A stretch of DNA of 26,989 nucleotides from a virus. The translations under genes were made by a program, and so were the position numbers. The stretch's first letter is position 1; every line of letters begins with the position of its first letter. Of this stretch, positions 1 to 7,466 are shown one piece after another. The DNA lies in UHGV virus genome UHGV-0205323. The stretch is one strand, 5' to 3'. The notes below the pieces were generated by a model. It searched no databases. It was not told the origin of the DNA and worked only from the letters and a program-made list of their open reading frames with translations.

Positions 1-113
1 ATCGAGCAGAGTCCATAAAGGCTCATAAATGCTCTTCCATCCCCGTCTAATTGGCGGGGAAGGAAACCACTTTGTAATAAAAAAATTCCAAAGTTGTTTC
101 ATCGGAGGTCAAC

Positions 114-413
114 ATGACAGTAGTCATTACATATCTGGCTGACGATAACGCCAGAAATCGCCGCAGAGCACGCAGACAGGCTCAACGTGAACAGGCAATG
201 CAAGAGCAGCGACTGGCGCGAAAGATTGCGCTAAAGCTCTCTGGTTGCGTCAGAGCAGATAAAGCAGCATCACTCGGAAGCCTTCGCTGCAAGAAGGCAG
301 AAGAAGTCGAGCGTAAACAGAACCGTATTTACTACCGCAAGCCACGCAGTGAAATGGGTGTGACCTGTGTTGGTCGCCAGAAAATGAAATTAGGCAGCAA
401 ACCACTTATTTGA
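114..413 (+). CDS. hypothetical basic Arg-rich protein (99 aa)
   Basis: Complete ORF with GGAGG Shine-Dalgarno 6 nt upstream of ATG at 114; stop TGA 411-413 abuts the next ORF; no recognisable domain. Confidence 0.45.
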   Translation: MTVVITYLADDNARNRRRARRQAQREQAMQEQRLARKIALKLSGCVRADKAASLGSLRCKKAEEVERKQNRIYYRKPRSEMGVTCVGRQKMKLGSKPLI

Positions 414-424
414 GAGGAATTAAT

Positions 425-1048
425 ATGTCATCAATCCGCTTAACTACGAGAATGAAAGAGGAAATCGCTCGTAACGCTTTAATTAAGTCTGGGGTTTTCA
501 CTGAACTTGAAGAAGTAACAAAGTTAAAGAACCAGCTTGCACTTGACGCCAGAGTTATTGCGTTTGGCGGTAAAAAGAAAACTGAGGAAGTGGATCGGTT
601 ATCATCCAAGTTAGCAGCTATAAGTGAAGAACTTGAGAAGATGGGATGTTCATTTTACTCATGCGATGTTCGTTCTGCTTCGATTTATCTGACTGTATCT
701 GGAAGAAGGGTTGGCTGGCATTCATACGGAAAAGACGGCAACGGTGAAGATATATTGCTCCCCACCCCAGAAAAAGATAAATGCATGTTTGACGCAGAAC
801 ACGAAATAACAAAAAGGTTTGATGAAATCTGCGCATTGCAACAAAAACTTGAAGCCAAGAAAAAGGATATCGAATCAAATGTATGGGCTGCTTTGAACTC
901 AGTCACAACAGTTAAGCGACTTATTGAAGTTTGGCCTGAAAGCAAAGAATTGCTACCAAAAGAAGCAGATAAAGCAAGTACAGCACTTCCTGCTTTACGG
1001 GTAGAAGATTTGAATAAGATGATTGGACTTCCTTCCGAGGCCGCATAG
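425..1048 (+). CDS. hypothetical early protein (207 aa from ATG 425; six-frame track starts at TTG 410)
   Basis: Long ORF in early operon orientation; GAGAGG RBS upstream of ATG 425; followed by a hairpin plus T-run; no domain recognised. Confidence 0.5.
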   Translation: MSSIRLTTRMKEEIARNALIKSGVFTELEEVTKLKNQLALDARVIAFGGKKKTEEVDRLSSKLAAISEELEKMGCSFYSCDVRSASIYLTVSGRRVGWHSYGKDGNGEDILLPTPEKDKCMFDAEHEITKRFDEICALQQKLEAKKKDIESNVWAALNSVTTVKRLIEVWPESKELLPKEADKASTALPALRVEDLNKMIGLPSEAA

Positions 1049-1063
1049 TCGGCCTTTATTTTT
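1038..1063 (+). terminator. putative rho-independent terminator overlapping stop codon of 425..1048 ORF
   Basis: AGGCCG(1038-1043) / CGGCCT(1050-1055) stem with 6-nt loop, followed by TTATTTTT. Confidence 0.5.
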
Positions 1064-1221
1064 GGCATAAACAACAGAATAAACACTGAACTGTGTATTC
1101 ATTCCAACGAGTGAATACACGGAGCAATGTCGCTCGTAACTAAACAGGAGCCGACTTGTTCTGATTATTGGAAATCTTCTTTGCCCTCCTGTGTGAGGGC
1201 AATTTTTTTGATGGAGGAATT

Positions 1222-1638
1222 ATGGAAATTACAGATATTCTGGTTAATCCAGATAATTACGACCAATTCAATATCTCTACTCAATCAGTTGATTTGGGTT
1301 GTGCAAGTGTCAGCGCATGGCTACTTAATGGTAAACAGTTGGATAAATGCCTTGATGCACATATGACGGTTAACAGCTTCCTTGCAGAAAAAACACACTG
1401 GCAAGATGCTGGAGGGAAATATGCTGGATGGCTTGAAAGCATGGGATTTGAATATCAATCTGATGAAGGTTGGTGGAGCCTTATAGCTGTAACGCCTGAG
1501 ACAATAGAATGCTTCGTTAAATACTCAAACGACGATGACTATAAACACCAGGTGGATTCTGCGATAGAAAGATATAAAAGAAAATCATTCAGCCACGAAA
1601 TATCATCAGTTCTTGATTTCATAGAAGTCTTCAAATAA
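1222..1638 (+). CDS. hypothetical acidic, Trp-rich early protein (138 aa)
   Basis: Strong GGAGG RBS 6 nt upstream of ATG 1222, inside the longer 1168..1638 track ORF; net acidic composition; no domain recognised. Confidence 0.5.
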   Translation: MEITDILVNPDNYDQFNISTQSVDLGCASVSAWLLNGKQLDKCLDAHMTVNSFLAEKTHWQDAGGKYAGWLESMGFEYQSDEGWWSLIAVTPETIECFVKYSNDDDYKHQVDSAIERYKRKSFSHEISSVLDFIEVFK

Positions 1639-1670
1639 GCCGCCTAAGCGCGGCTTTACCGCATACTAAT

Positions 1671-1696
1671 AACGCTTCACTCGAGGCGTTTTCGTT
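1671..1696 (+). terminator. possible weak terminator/attenuator hairpin
   Basis: AACGCTTC / GAGGCGTT stem (one G-U pair) with 4-nt loop followed by TTCGTT; lies between 1222..1638 ORF and the small-ORF cluster. Confidence 0.35.
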
Positions 1697-1722
1697 ATGC
1701 AATCAAACAGAAGGAGTTACCC

Positions 1723-1857
1723 ATGATGCACTTTCAGCTCGCGGGTAGCGGCGTCATGTCCGCTTTCTACCCGCACGAATCTGAATTATCACGCCGAGTT
1801 AAACAATTAATCAGAGCAGCAAAGAAACAACTGGAGGCGTTATGCGCAATGAAATAG
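1723..1857 (+). CDS. small ORF (44 aa), hypothetical
   Basis: AAGGAG RBS 6 nt upstream of ATG 1723; below the 60-aa cut-off of the ORF track; translated by hand. Confidence 0.35.
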   Translation: MMHFQLAGSGVMSAFYPHESELSRRVKQLIRAAKKQLEALCAMK

Positions 1858-1994
1858 CCATCAATCACCAGATACTTCGTGCTGCACAAAACAAAGCAGT
1901 AATAGCCAGATTTATTGGTGATTCAAAAATGTGGCTTGAAGCAAATAAAGCGATGAAATCAGCTATCAACCTTCCGTGGTATCGCAGGAAATGA
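1842..1994 (+). CDS. small ORF (50 aa), hypothetical
   Basis: GGAGG RBS upstream of ATG 1842; overlaps the end of the preceding small ORF; translated by hand. Confidence 0.35.
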   Translation: MRNEIAINHQILRAAQNKAVIARFIGDSKMWLEANKAMKSAINLPWYRRK

Positions 1995-2148
1995 GTTTTA
2001 CAGATAACTGGTCAGACGAAGAATTCATTCGTCAGATGAAAGAATTAATCGGTAACGAAGGAGATATTCATGTCACTTGCAACCACGGTGAAGGAGAGCA
2101 AGTTACAGAGACGCATGTACACGCAGAAAGCTCTCTGGTATCGCCATA
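1990..2148 (+). CDS. small ORF (52 aa), hypothetical acidic protein
   Basis: ATG 1990 overlaps the TGA stop of the preceding small ORF (ATGA coupling); translated by hand. Confidence 0.35.
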
Positions 2149-2248
2149 ATGGCGACCGCGAAGGAATGCGGGTATGCCTTAATTTGTCCAGAGTCGAAGT
2201 ATTAAACCAGCGTTATTTCCTTGGGCCGTGTCCATTCTGAGGTGAATT

Positions 2249-2956
2249 ATGGATTTGAACAAATTCGATGAGCCATTCAGCCCTGAAGATATCGAATGGC
2301 GAATACAGCAAAGCGGTAAAACACGCGATGGCAAGGTGTGGGCTATGGTGCTGGCTTATGTCACGAACAGGGCAATCATGAAACGCCTGGACGATGTTTG
2401 CGGCAAAGCAGGATGGCGCAATGAATACCGCGATATTCCCAACAACGGAGGCGTTGAATGCGGCATATCAATCAGGATTGATTCCGAATGGGTAACCAAA
2501 TGGGATGCTGCTGAAAACACGCAGGTAGAAGCCGTCAAAGGTGGTCGTTCAGGTGCAATGAAGCGTGCTGCCGTTCAGTGGGGAATCGGTCGGTATCTGT
2601 ATAACCTTGAGGAAGGTTTCGCACAAACATCTCTCGATAAAAAGCAGGGATGGCACAGGGCAAAACTCAAGGATGGAACAGGATTTTACTGGCTCCCTCC
2701 ATCGCTGCCGGGATGGGCAATCCCAGCATCAAATAACAAACCATCACCAGAAAATACCAACCAGAAATCTCCATCGGTTGACTGCGAGCAAATCCTGAAA
2801 GACTTCAGCGATTATGCGTCAACAGAAACTGACAAGAAAAAACTCATCGAGCGTTATCAGCGTGACTGGCAATTAATGGCTGGCAACGAGGAGGCGCAGG
2901 CTAAATGCGTTCAGGTAATGAACATCAGAGTTAACGAACTAAAACAGGCGGCATAA
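2249..2956 (+). CDS. Rad52-like single-strand annealing protein (recombinase)
   Basis: 235-aa ORF; N-terminal half has a Rad52/22-family-like pattern (GAMKRAAVQWGIGRYLY region); GAGGTGA RBS; immediately upstream of ssb. Confidence 0.7.
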   Translation: MDLNKFDEPFSPEDIEWRIQQSGKTRDGKVWAMVLAYVTNRAIMKRLDDVCGKAGWRNEYRDIPNNGGVECGISIRIDSEWVTKWDAAENTQVEAVKGGRSGAMKRAAVQWGIGRYLYNLEEGFAQTSLDKKQGWHRAKLKDGTGFYWLPPSLPGWAIPASNNKPSPENTNQKSPSVDCEQILKDFSDYASTETDKKKLIERYQRDWQLMAGNEEAQAKCVQVMNIRVNELKQAA

Positions 2957-3472
2957 ATGGCAAGCAGAGGCGTAAATAAGGTGATCATTATTGGTCGCCT
3001 TGGTCACGATCCAGAAATCAGATATTCACCATCAGGAACGGCATTTGCAAACCTTACCGTTGCTACGTCAGAACAATGGCGTGATAAGCAAACTGGAGAG
3101 CAAAAGGAGCAGACGGAGTGGCACCGTGTGGTAATGAGCGGGAAACTGGCAGAAATTGCCAGCGAATATCTGCGAAAAGGCTCTGAGGTTTATCTTGAAG
3201 GCAAATTGCGGACAAGAAAATGGCAGGATCAAAGCGGACAGGATCGGTTCACTACCGAAGTCATCGTGGGCGTTGGTGGAACCATGCAAATGCTTGGTGG
3301 CAAGCAAGGAGGCAATGAACAGTCCTCACCTCAGCGAAATAACGGTCAGCAACAAAGACAGCAACCTCAGCAGCAAGGGAATCACAGCGAACCACCTATG
3401 GATTTTGACGACGATATCCCCTTTGCACCAGTAACTCTCCCCTTCCCTCGTCACGCTATTCACGCAATTTAA
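2957..3472 (+). CDS. ssb: single-stranded DNA-binding protein
   Basis: Canonical SSB N-terminal OB-fold sequence ([16 protein letters not shown]...TEWHRVV), Gly/Gln-rich linker and acidic DDDIPF tail; start overlaps stop of upstream gene. Confidence 0.9.
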   Translation: MASRGVNKVIIIGRLGHDPEIRYSPSGTAFANLTVATSEQWRDKQTGEQKEQTEWHRVVMSGKLAEIASEYLRKGSEVYLEGKLRTRKWQDQSGQDRFTTEVIVGVGGTMQMLGGKQGGNEQSSPQRNNGQQQRQQPQQQGNHSEPPMDFDDDIPFAPVTLPFPRHAIHAI

Positions 3473-3480
3473 GGACTTAC

Positions 3481-4029
3481 ATGAATCACTTAATGGTTGA
3501 CCTTGAAACAATGGGCAATGGGCCATACGCGCCAGTTATTTCTATTGGGGCGGTATTCTTTGACCCGAATACCGGAGAAACAGGAGAAGAGTTCTCGGTA
3601 AATATCTCGCTTGAGTCATCAATGCGATATCGGGCGCGTCCTGACGCTTCAACGATTTTATGGTGGCTGGAACAGAGTGAAGAAGCCAGAAAATCGCTAA
3701 CCAGCAACACTCAGGAGCTTTCAACGGCTCTTTCATGGTTATCTGAATTCATCATAAAGAACGCTAACCACAAATTCGTTCAGGTTTGGGGGAATGGAGC
3801 ATCATTTGACTGCGTTATTCTCCGAAACAGTTATTCGCTGACAGGGCAGCCAGTTCCATGGCAGTGGTGGAATGACCGCGACGTAAGAACAATCGTCGAG
3901 CTTGGAAAGGTAATAGGATTCGAACCTAAGCGAGATATGCCATTCAAAGGAACTCGCCACAACGCTCTTGATGATGCCATTCACCAAGCCAAATACGTTT
4001 CAGCGATCTGGAAAAAGTTAGCTAAATAA
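3481..4029 (+). CDS. DEDDh-type 3'-5' exonuclease (DnaQ-like)
   Basis: Exo I motif MVDLETMG, Exo II WGNGASFD, Exo III HNALDDAIHQAKY in the correct order and spacing. Confidence 0.75.
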   Translation: MNHLMVDLETMGNGPYAPVISIGAVFFDPNTGETGEEFSVNISLESSMRYRARPDASTILWWLEQSEEARKSLTSNTQELSTALSWLSEFIIKNANHKFVQVWGNGASFDCVILRNSYSLTGQPVPWQWWNDRDVRTIVELGKVIGFEPKRDMPFKGTRHNALDDAIHQAKYVSAIWKKLAK

Positions 4030-4045
4030 TCAACAGGAGAAAACC

Positions 4046-4342
4046 ATGCCAGCGCCTCTGTATAGTGCGGATGACCCGCGCCGCTGTTCCGGCAATTCCG
4101 TATCGGAGGTGCTGGATAAATTCAGGAAAAACTACGACCGGATAATGTCGCTACCGCAGGAAACGAAAGAGGAAAAGGAATTTCGCCACTGTATATGGCT
4201 TGCAGAGAAAGAAGAACGCGAGCGAATTTACCAGACATCAATCCGACCATTCCGCAAAGCCACATATACCCACTTCCCTGAATATATCGACCCGCGCCTG
4301 CGTAATTACCGCTCACGCTATGGCGCTATCAGTAATGACTGA
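4046..4342 (+). CDS. hypothetical protein (98 aa)
   Basis: ORF with AGGAGA RBS upstream of ATG 4046; no domain recognised. Confidence 0.5.
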   Translation: MPAPLYSADDPRRCSGNSVSEVLDKFRKNYDRIMSLPQETKEEKEFRHCIWLAEKEERERIYQTSIRPFRKATYTHFPEYIDPRLRNYRSRYGAISND

Positions 4343-4514
4343 GGAATTTACCATGAGAGGACTTGCATACAATCCCGGCATTCTTCCGGCAGAAATGATT
4401 ATTCGCCAACGCGTAAAGCCAATGCCATCGAGAGATGGAATTGCTTAAGAGAAATTCTTTTCCGTCAGTGAATCAAAACAAATATCTGAATGCGATGTGG
4501 CGGAGTGGGAAAAA

Positions 4515-4868
4515 ATGAAACAAATGTCACTAATTGAGATGGATGGATTTCTGAAAGGTAAATGCATACCACGAGATTTAAAGGTTAACGAAACAAACGC
4601 TGAATATCTGGTGCGTAAATTCGATGAAGTACGTGCTGAGGCTCGCAACGAGGGTATTAACTATACCGCAAGCCGTCTTGCTGCTGCGTTCAATCACGGA
4701 TTTATCAATAAGTCTTTACGTGAAGTTTTCGACGTTACGCGCATGATTCTGTCAGCGAAAGAAGAGTTGGCTAATGAACCGCATCCGATTGATGGCCTGT
4801 CCGGTGAATATGCAGAGAAATCCCTTGAAGAATGGGCGGAACGGCTTCGCAAAGGAGGCAGCCAGTGA
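4515..4868 (+). CDS. hypothetical protein (117 aa from ATG 4515; track ORF starts at 4497)
   Basis: GGAG RBS upstream of ATG 4515; stop TGA overlaps the GTG start of the downstream methyltransferase ORF (GTGA). Confidence 0.5.
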   Translation: MKQMSLIEMDGFLKGKCIPRDLKVNETNAEYLVRKFDEVRAEARNEGINYTASRLAAAFNHGFINKSLREVFDVTRMILSAKEELANEPHPIDGLSGEYAEKSLEEWAERLRKGGSQ

Positions 4869-5350
4869 CTGGACATGCAGCAATCCTCGACATGTGCTGT
4901 GGCAGTCGCATGTTCTGGTTCGATAAGAATGACGACCGGGCGATATTTAGTGATATCAGAAAGGAAGAGCACACATTGTGTGATGGACGACGCCTGATTA
5001 TCAGTCCTGACCTGATAGCTGATTTTCGTGCACTACCATTTGCAGACGCATCCTTTTCGATGGTTGTATTCGACCCTCCGCATCTTGAGCGTGTTGGTGA
5101 TAACGCTTGGATGGGAAAGAAATATGGACGGCTGAATAAAGATACCTGGCGTGATGATTTACGGCAGGGATTCAAAGAAGCCTTTCGTGTGTTGTGGCCA
5201 TACGGCGTTCTGATTTTTAAATGGAATGAAACGCAAATACCTGTTCGCCAGATATTGGCACTGACCGACAGAAAGCCTGTTATCGGTCAACGAACAGGAA
5301 AGGGTGACAAGACCCACTGGATTATTTTTATGAAGGAGGGCAACCAGTGA
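4865..5350 (+). CDS. putative SAM-dependent DNA methyltransferase (orphan, small)
   Basis: Motif I-like DMCCGSR followed about 65 residues later by DPPH (motif IV-like, as DPPY/F/W in amino-methyltransferases); likely GTG start at 4865 overlapping the upstream stop; no adjacent restriction endonuclease candidate. Confidence 0.55.
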   Translation: MTGHAAILDMCCGSRMFWFDKNDDRAIFSDIRKEEHTLCDGRRLIISPDLIADFRALPFADASFSMVVFDPPHLERVGDNAWMGKKYGRLNKDTWRDDLRQGFKEAFRVLWPYGVLIFKWNETQIPVRQILALTDRKPVIGQRTGKGDKTHWIIFMKEGNQ

Positions 5351-6096
5351 GCGAGATTGATTATCAGGCACTGCGTGAGGTGGCGGAACGTGCAATTCCA
5401 GCAATGGAACGCCTGTTAATGTTGCCAGCTGATGATGACTTGTTAAGTGAACAGGAACTTAAAGATTACGGTGTGGATATTGATGCGCTCAACGCCTTCA
5501 AATTTCTGACCGGACCAGAAACCGTGCTGGCACTGCTGGATGAACGGGAAAGAAACCTGCAATACATCAAAAGCCGCGATCAGGAGAACGAGGATATTGC
5601 GCTAACGGTAGGGAAGCTGAGAGTTGAGCTTGAGGAAGTAAAACAACACGCTGAAGAATTATCCGAAACCAAGGCTGTTCGTAACCAATGGCGGCCAGAT
5701 ATTTGCCCAATAACCGGACGTGCATTTTTCATGTGGATTGAGCATCCAACATTGGGAAATGTGCCGACATATGGTGGCCCATTAGATAGTTACACCATTC
5801 CAACAAAGGACGGTGACGGTGAGTTTTCATGTGAGCGTTACGATCATGATTTTGGCGGTTGGGTAGAAAGCGAATGTCTTGGGTTATATCTGATTGATGA
5901 TAGAGAACAATGCAGGGTCTACGAACTGGAGGAACGCGTTAAGGAACTGGATGCTCGGGAAATATCGCTCCCAGAACGTAGCAGCATGCTTCATCGAACA
6001 GATTTTCACGATGATTACCAAACGGTAATGGCATACAAAGTTTCTGAAGTCATCGCTGCAATCCGCGCCGCTGGCATTCGCATCAAAGGAGAGTGA
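5347..6096 (+). CDS. Ead/Ea22-like prophage early protein (hypothetical)
   Basis: 249-aa ORF with coiled-coil-like N-terminus resembling proteins commonly annotated Ead/Ea22-like in enterobacterial prophages; GTG start overlapping upstream TGA; AGGAGG RBS. Confidence 0.5.
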   Translation: MSEIDYQALREVAERAIPAMERLLMLPADDDLLSEQELKDYGVDIDALNAFKFLTGPETVLALLDERERNLQYIKSRDQENEDIALTVGKLRVELEEVKQHAEELSETKAVRNQWRPDICPITGRAFFMWIEHPTLGNVPTYGGPLDSYTIPTKDGDGEFSCERYDHDFGGWVESECLGLYLIDDREQCRVYELEERVKELDAREISLPERSSMLHRTDFHDDYQTVMAYKVSEVIAAIRAAGIRIKGE

Positions 6097-6097
6097 T

Positions 6098-6604
6098 ATG
6101 AGCACTATCACTAAAGAACGTATCGAATTGTTCATTAAATCCCCGCTTGAAAACGGGCTTACCCGTGGTGAACAAATGGAACTGGCACGGATTGCGCTGG
6201 CATCGCTGGAAGCAGAGCCGGTGGCGTGGAAGGTAACCTTCACGCAAATTGACCGTGAATATAACACGTTCACTGGTATGTATTCTGACAAAGCAGAAGT
6301 CGAACGGTGGGTGCGGCTGCATAAAGCATGTAATTTTCGGGCAGATATAACACCGCTTTATACCGCCAAGCCAGTTCCGGTAACTCCGGATGGTTGGATA
6401 AGCTGTAGTGATCGAATGCCGGATACCAAAACAGCCGTTCTTGTTGCCGTGGAGTTTGACAGGAAAGGTGACTGGCGAATGAAATGGGCGACTTACATCC
6501 CGGGGCATCCTGACGCTAATGATGGGTGGATAATTCCTGGTGCGTCGTGGAAACCGTCACACTGGATGCCGCTACCGGAACCGCCGGAGCAGGATGGTGA
6601 ATGA
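6098..6604 (+). CDS. DUF551-domain protein
   Basis: C-terminal region with the typical DUF551 pattern (DGWISCSDRMPD...VLVAV...HWMPLPEPP); GGAGAG RBS. Confidence 0.65.
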   Translation: MSTITKERIELFIKSPLENGLTRGEQMELARIALASLEAEPVAWKVTFTQIDREYNTFTGMYSDKAEVERWVRLHKACNFRADITPLYTAKPVPVTPDGWISCSDRMPDTKTAVLVAVEFDRKGDWRMKWATYIPGHPDANDGWIIPGASWKPSHWMPLPEPPEQDGE

Positions 6605-6690
6605 TGCCGCCAGTTAAAGTTGTGATTATCACTTTGGTGATAATAGTGATTGCGAGAATCATGTCTGGTGAAATTGGGTGGATATGGTAA
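6601..6690 (+). CDS. small hydrophobic peptide (29 aa), possible membrane peptide
   Basis: ATG overlaps the TGA of the DUF551 gene; sequence MMPPVKVVIITLVIIVIARIMSGEIGWIW is a single hydrophobic helix; not in ORF track because under 60 aa. Confidence 0.3.
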   Translation: MMPPVKVVIITLVIIVIARIMSGEIGWIW

Positions 6691-6752
6691 TGACCAGGGA
6701 AGCAGCAGATAGCAACCAACAATCCTCGCACTCGCGGGGATTTCTTTTATCT

Positions 6753-6780
6753 GAACTCGCTACGGCGAGTTTTGTTTTAT
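6753..6780 (+). terminator. putative rho-independent terminator
   Basis: AACTCGC / GCGAGTT stem with TACG loop followed by TTGTTTTAT. Confidence 0.5.
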
Positions 6781-6791
6781 GGAGATGATAA

Positions 6792-6959
6792 ATGCACTTC
6801 CGAGTTACAGGTGAATGGAATGGAGAACCATTCAACAGAGTTATCGAAGCCGAGAACATCAGCGACTGCTATGACCACTGGATGCTGTGGGCGCAGATAG
6901 CACATGCAGACGTAACCAATATTCGAATTGAAGAACTGAAAGAACACCAAGCCGCCTGA
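6792..6959 (+). CDS. small ORF (55 aa), hypothetical
   Basis: GGAGATGA RBS upstream of ATG 6792; flanked by terminator-like hairpins on both sides; translated by hand (MHFRVTGEWNGEPF...). Confidence 0.4.
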   Translation: MHFRVTGEWNGEPFNRVIEAENISDCYDHWMLWAQIAHADVTNIRIEELKEHQAA

Positions 6960-6973
6960 TGGCGGTTTTTTAT
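6951..6973 (+). terminator. putative rho-independent terminator overlapping stop of the 55-aa ORF
   Basis: GCCGCC / GGCGG(T) stem with TGAT loop followed by TTTTTTAT. Confidence 0.55.
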
Positions 6974-7016
6974 TGCCTGATTTGCAGGTTCGATTCCCTA
7001 TTCGGAGATAGCACTC

Positions 7017-7217
7017 ATGCAACACGAACTACAGCCTGATTCACTGGTTGATTTGAAATTCATCATGGCCGATACTGGCTTCGGTAAAACCTTCATCTAC
7101 GACCGGATTAAGTCCGGCGACCTGCCAAAAGCCAAAGTTATCCACGGGCGAGCAAGATGGTTATATCGTGACCATTGTGAATTCAAAAATAAGCTCTTAA
7201 GCCGCGCCAATGGGTAA
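7017..7217 (+). CDS. xis: excisionase-like DNA-binding protein (HTH_17/AlpA-type)
   Basis: 66-aa ORF immediately upstream of the integrase; pattern ...DRIKSGDLPKAKVIHGRARWLYRD... resembles the excisionase/AlpA winged-helix family. Confidence 0.6.
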   Translation: MQHELQPDSLVDLKFIMADTGFGKTFIYDRIKSGDLPKAKVIHGRARWLYRDHCEFKNKLLSRANG

Positions 7218-7466
7218 AATAGCGGGTAAAATATTTTTCACATCTAAAAAACACCATTCTAATCAATCCCCTGCTGCGTCAAGTAGATGTCTGCAGGGGA
7301 CACCATTTATCAGTTCGCTCCCATCCGTACCAGTCCGCAAAATCCCCTGAATATCAAGCCTTCCGTAGATTCACAGTTCGTAATGGTTCGCGTCAGATCG
7401 TTGACAGCCGCACACCATGACGGGTAAAAAGTGGATAAAATAATTTTACCCACCGGATTTTTACCC
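7212..7466. repeat. cluster of GGGTAAAAW 9-mers in both orientations spanning the xis stop to the int start; candidate Int/Xis binding sites or attP arm sites
   Basis: GGGTAAAAT at 7212-7220 and 7224-7232; GGGTAAAAA 7422-7430; GGATAAAAT 7433-7441; inverted ATTTTACCC 7443-7451 and TTTTTACCC 7458-7466; an 8-bp inverted repeat TCCCCTGC/GCAGGGGA at 7267-7274 and 7293-7300 lies between the two groups. Confidence 0.55.
7401..7430 (+). promoter_or_regulatory. candidate int promoter overlapped by the GGGTAAAAW repeats
   Basis: Consensus -35 TTGACA at 7401-7406; weak -10 TAAAAA at 7425-7430 (18-bp spacer); no experimental support. Confidence 0.3.

Noticed and set aside
1127-1366. 79-aa ORF with a GGAG RBS overlapping the 1222..1638 gene in another frame
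   Set aside because: Low-complexity hydrophobic translation, and it overlaps a better-supported ORF with a stronger GGAGG RBS; at most a short leader peptide.
4353-4448. 31-aa ORF with GAGGAA RBS between the 98-aa and 117-aa hypothetical genes
   Set aside because: Very short with no recognisable features; could be real but the evidence is insufficient to annotate.
6979-6994. tRNA T-loop-like motif GGTTCGATTCC just upstream of xis, considered as a possible attP core or tRNA fragment
   Set aside because: Flanking bases cannot form a T-stem (only 2 of 5 pairs) and no acceptor-stem/CCA context follows; likely coincidental.
7431-7466. Upstream GTG start for the integrase (track ORF 7431..8624)
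   Set aside because: P4-type integrases typically begin at the M-L-T...AKPK motif; ATG 7467 fits that and the extension overlaps the repeat/promoter region.
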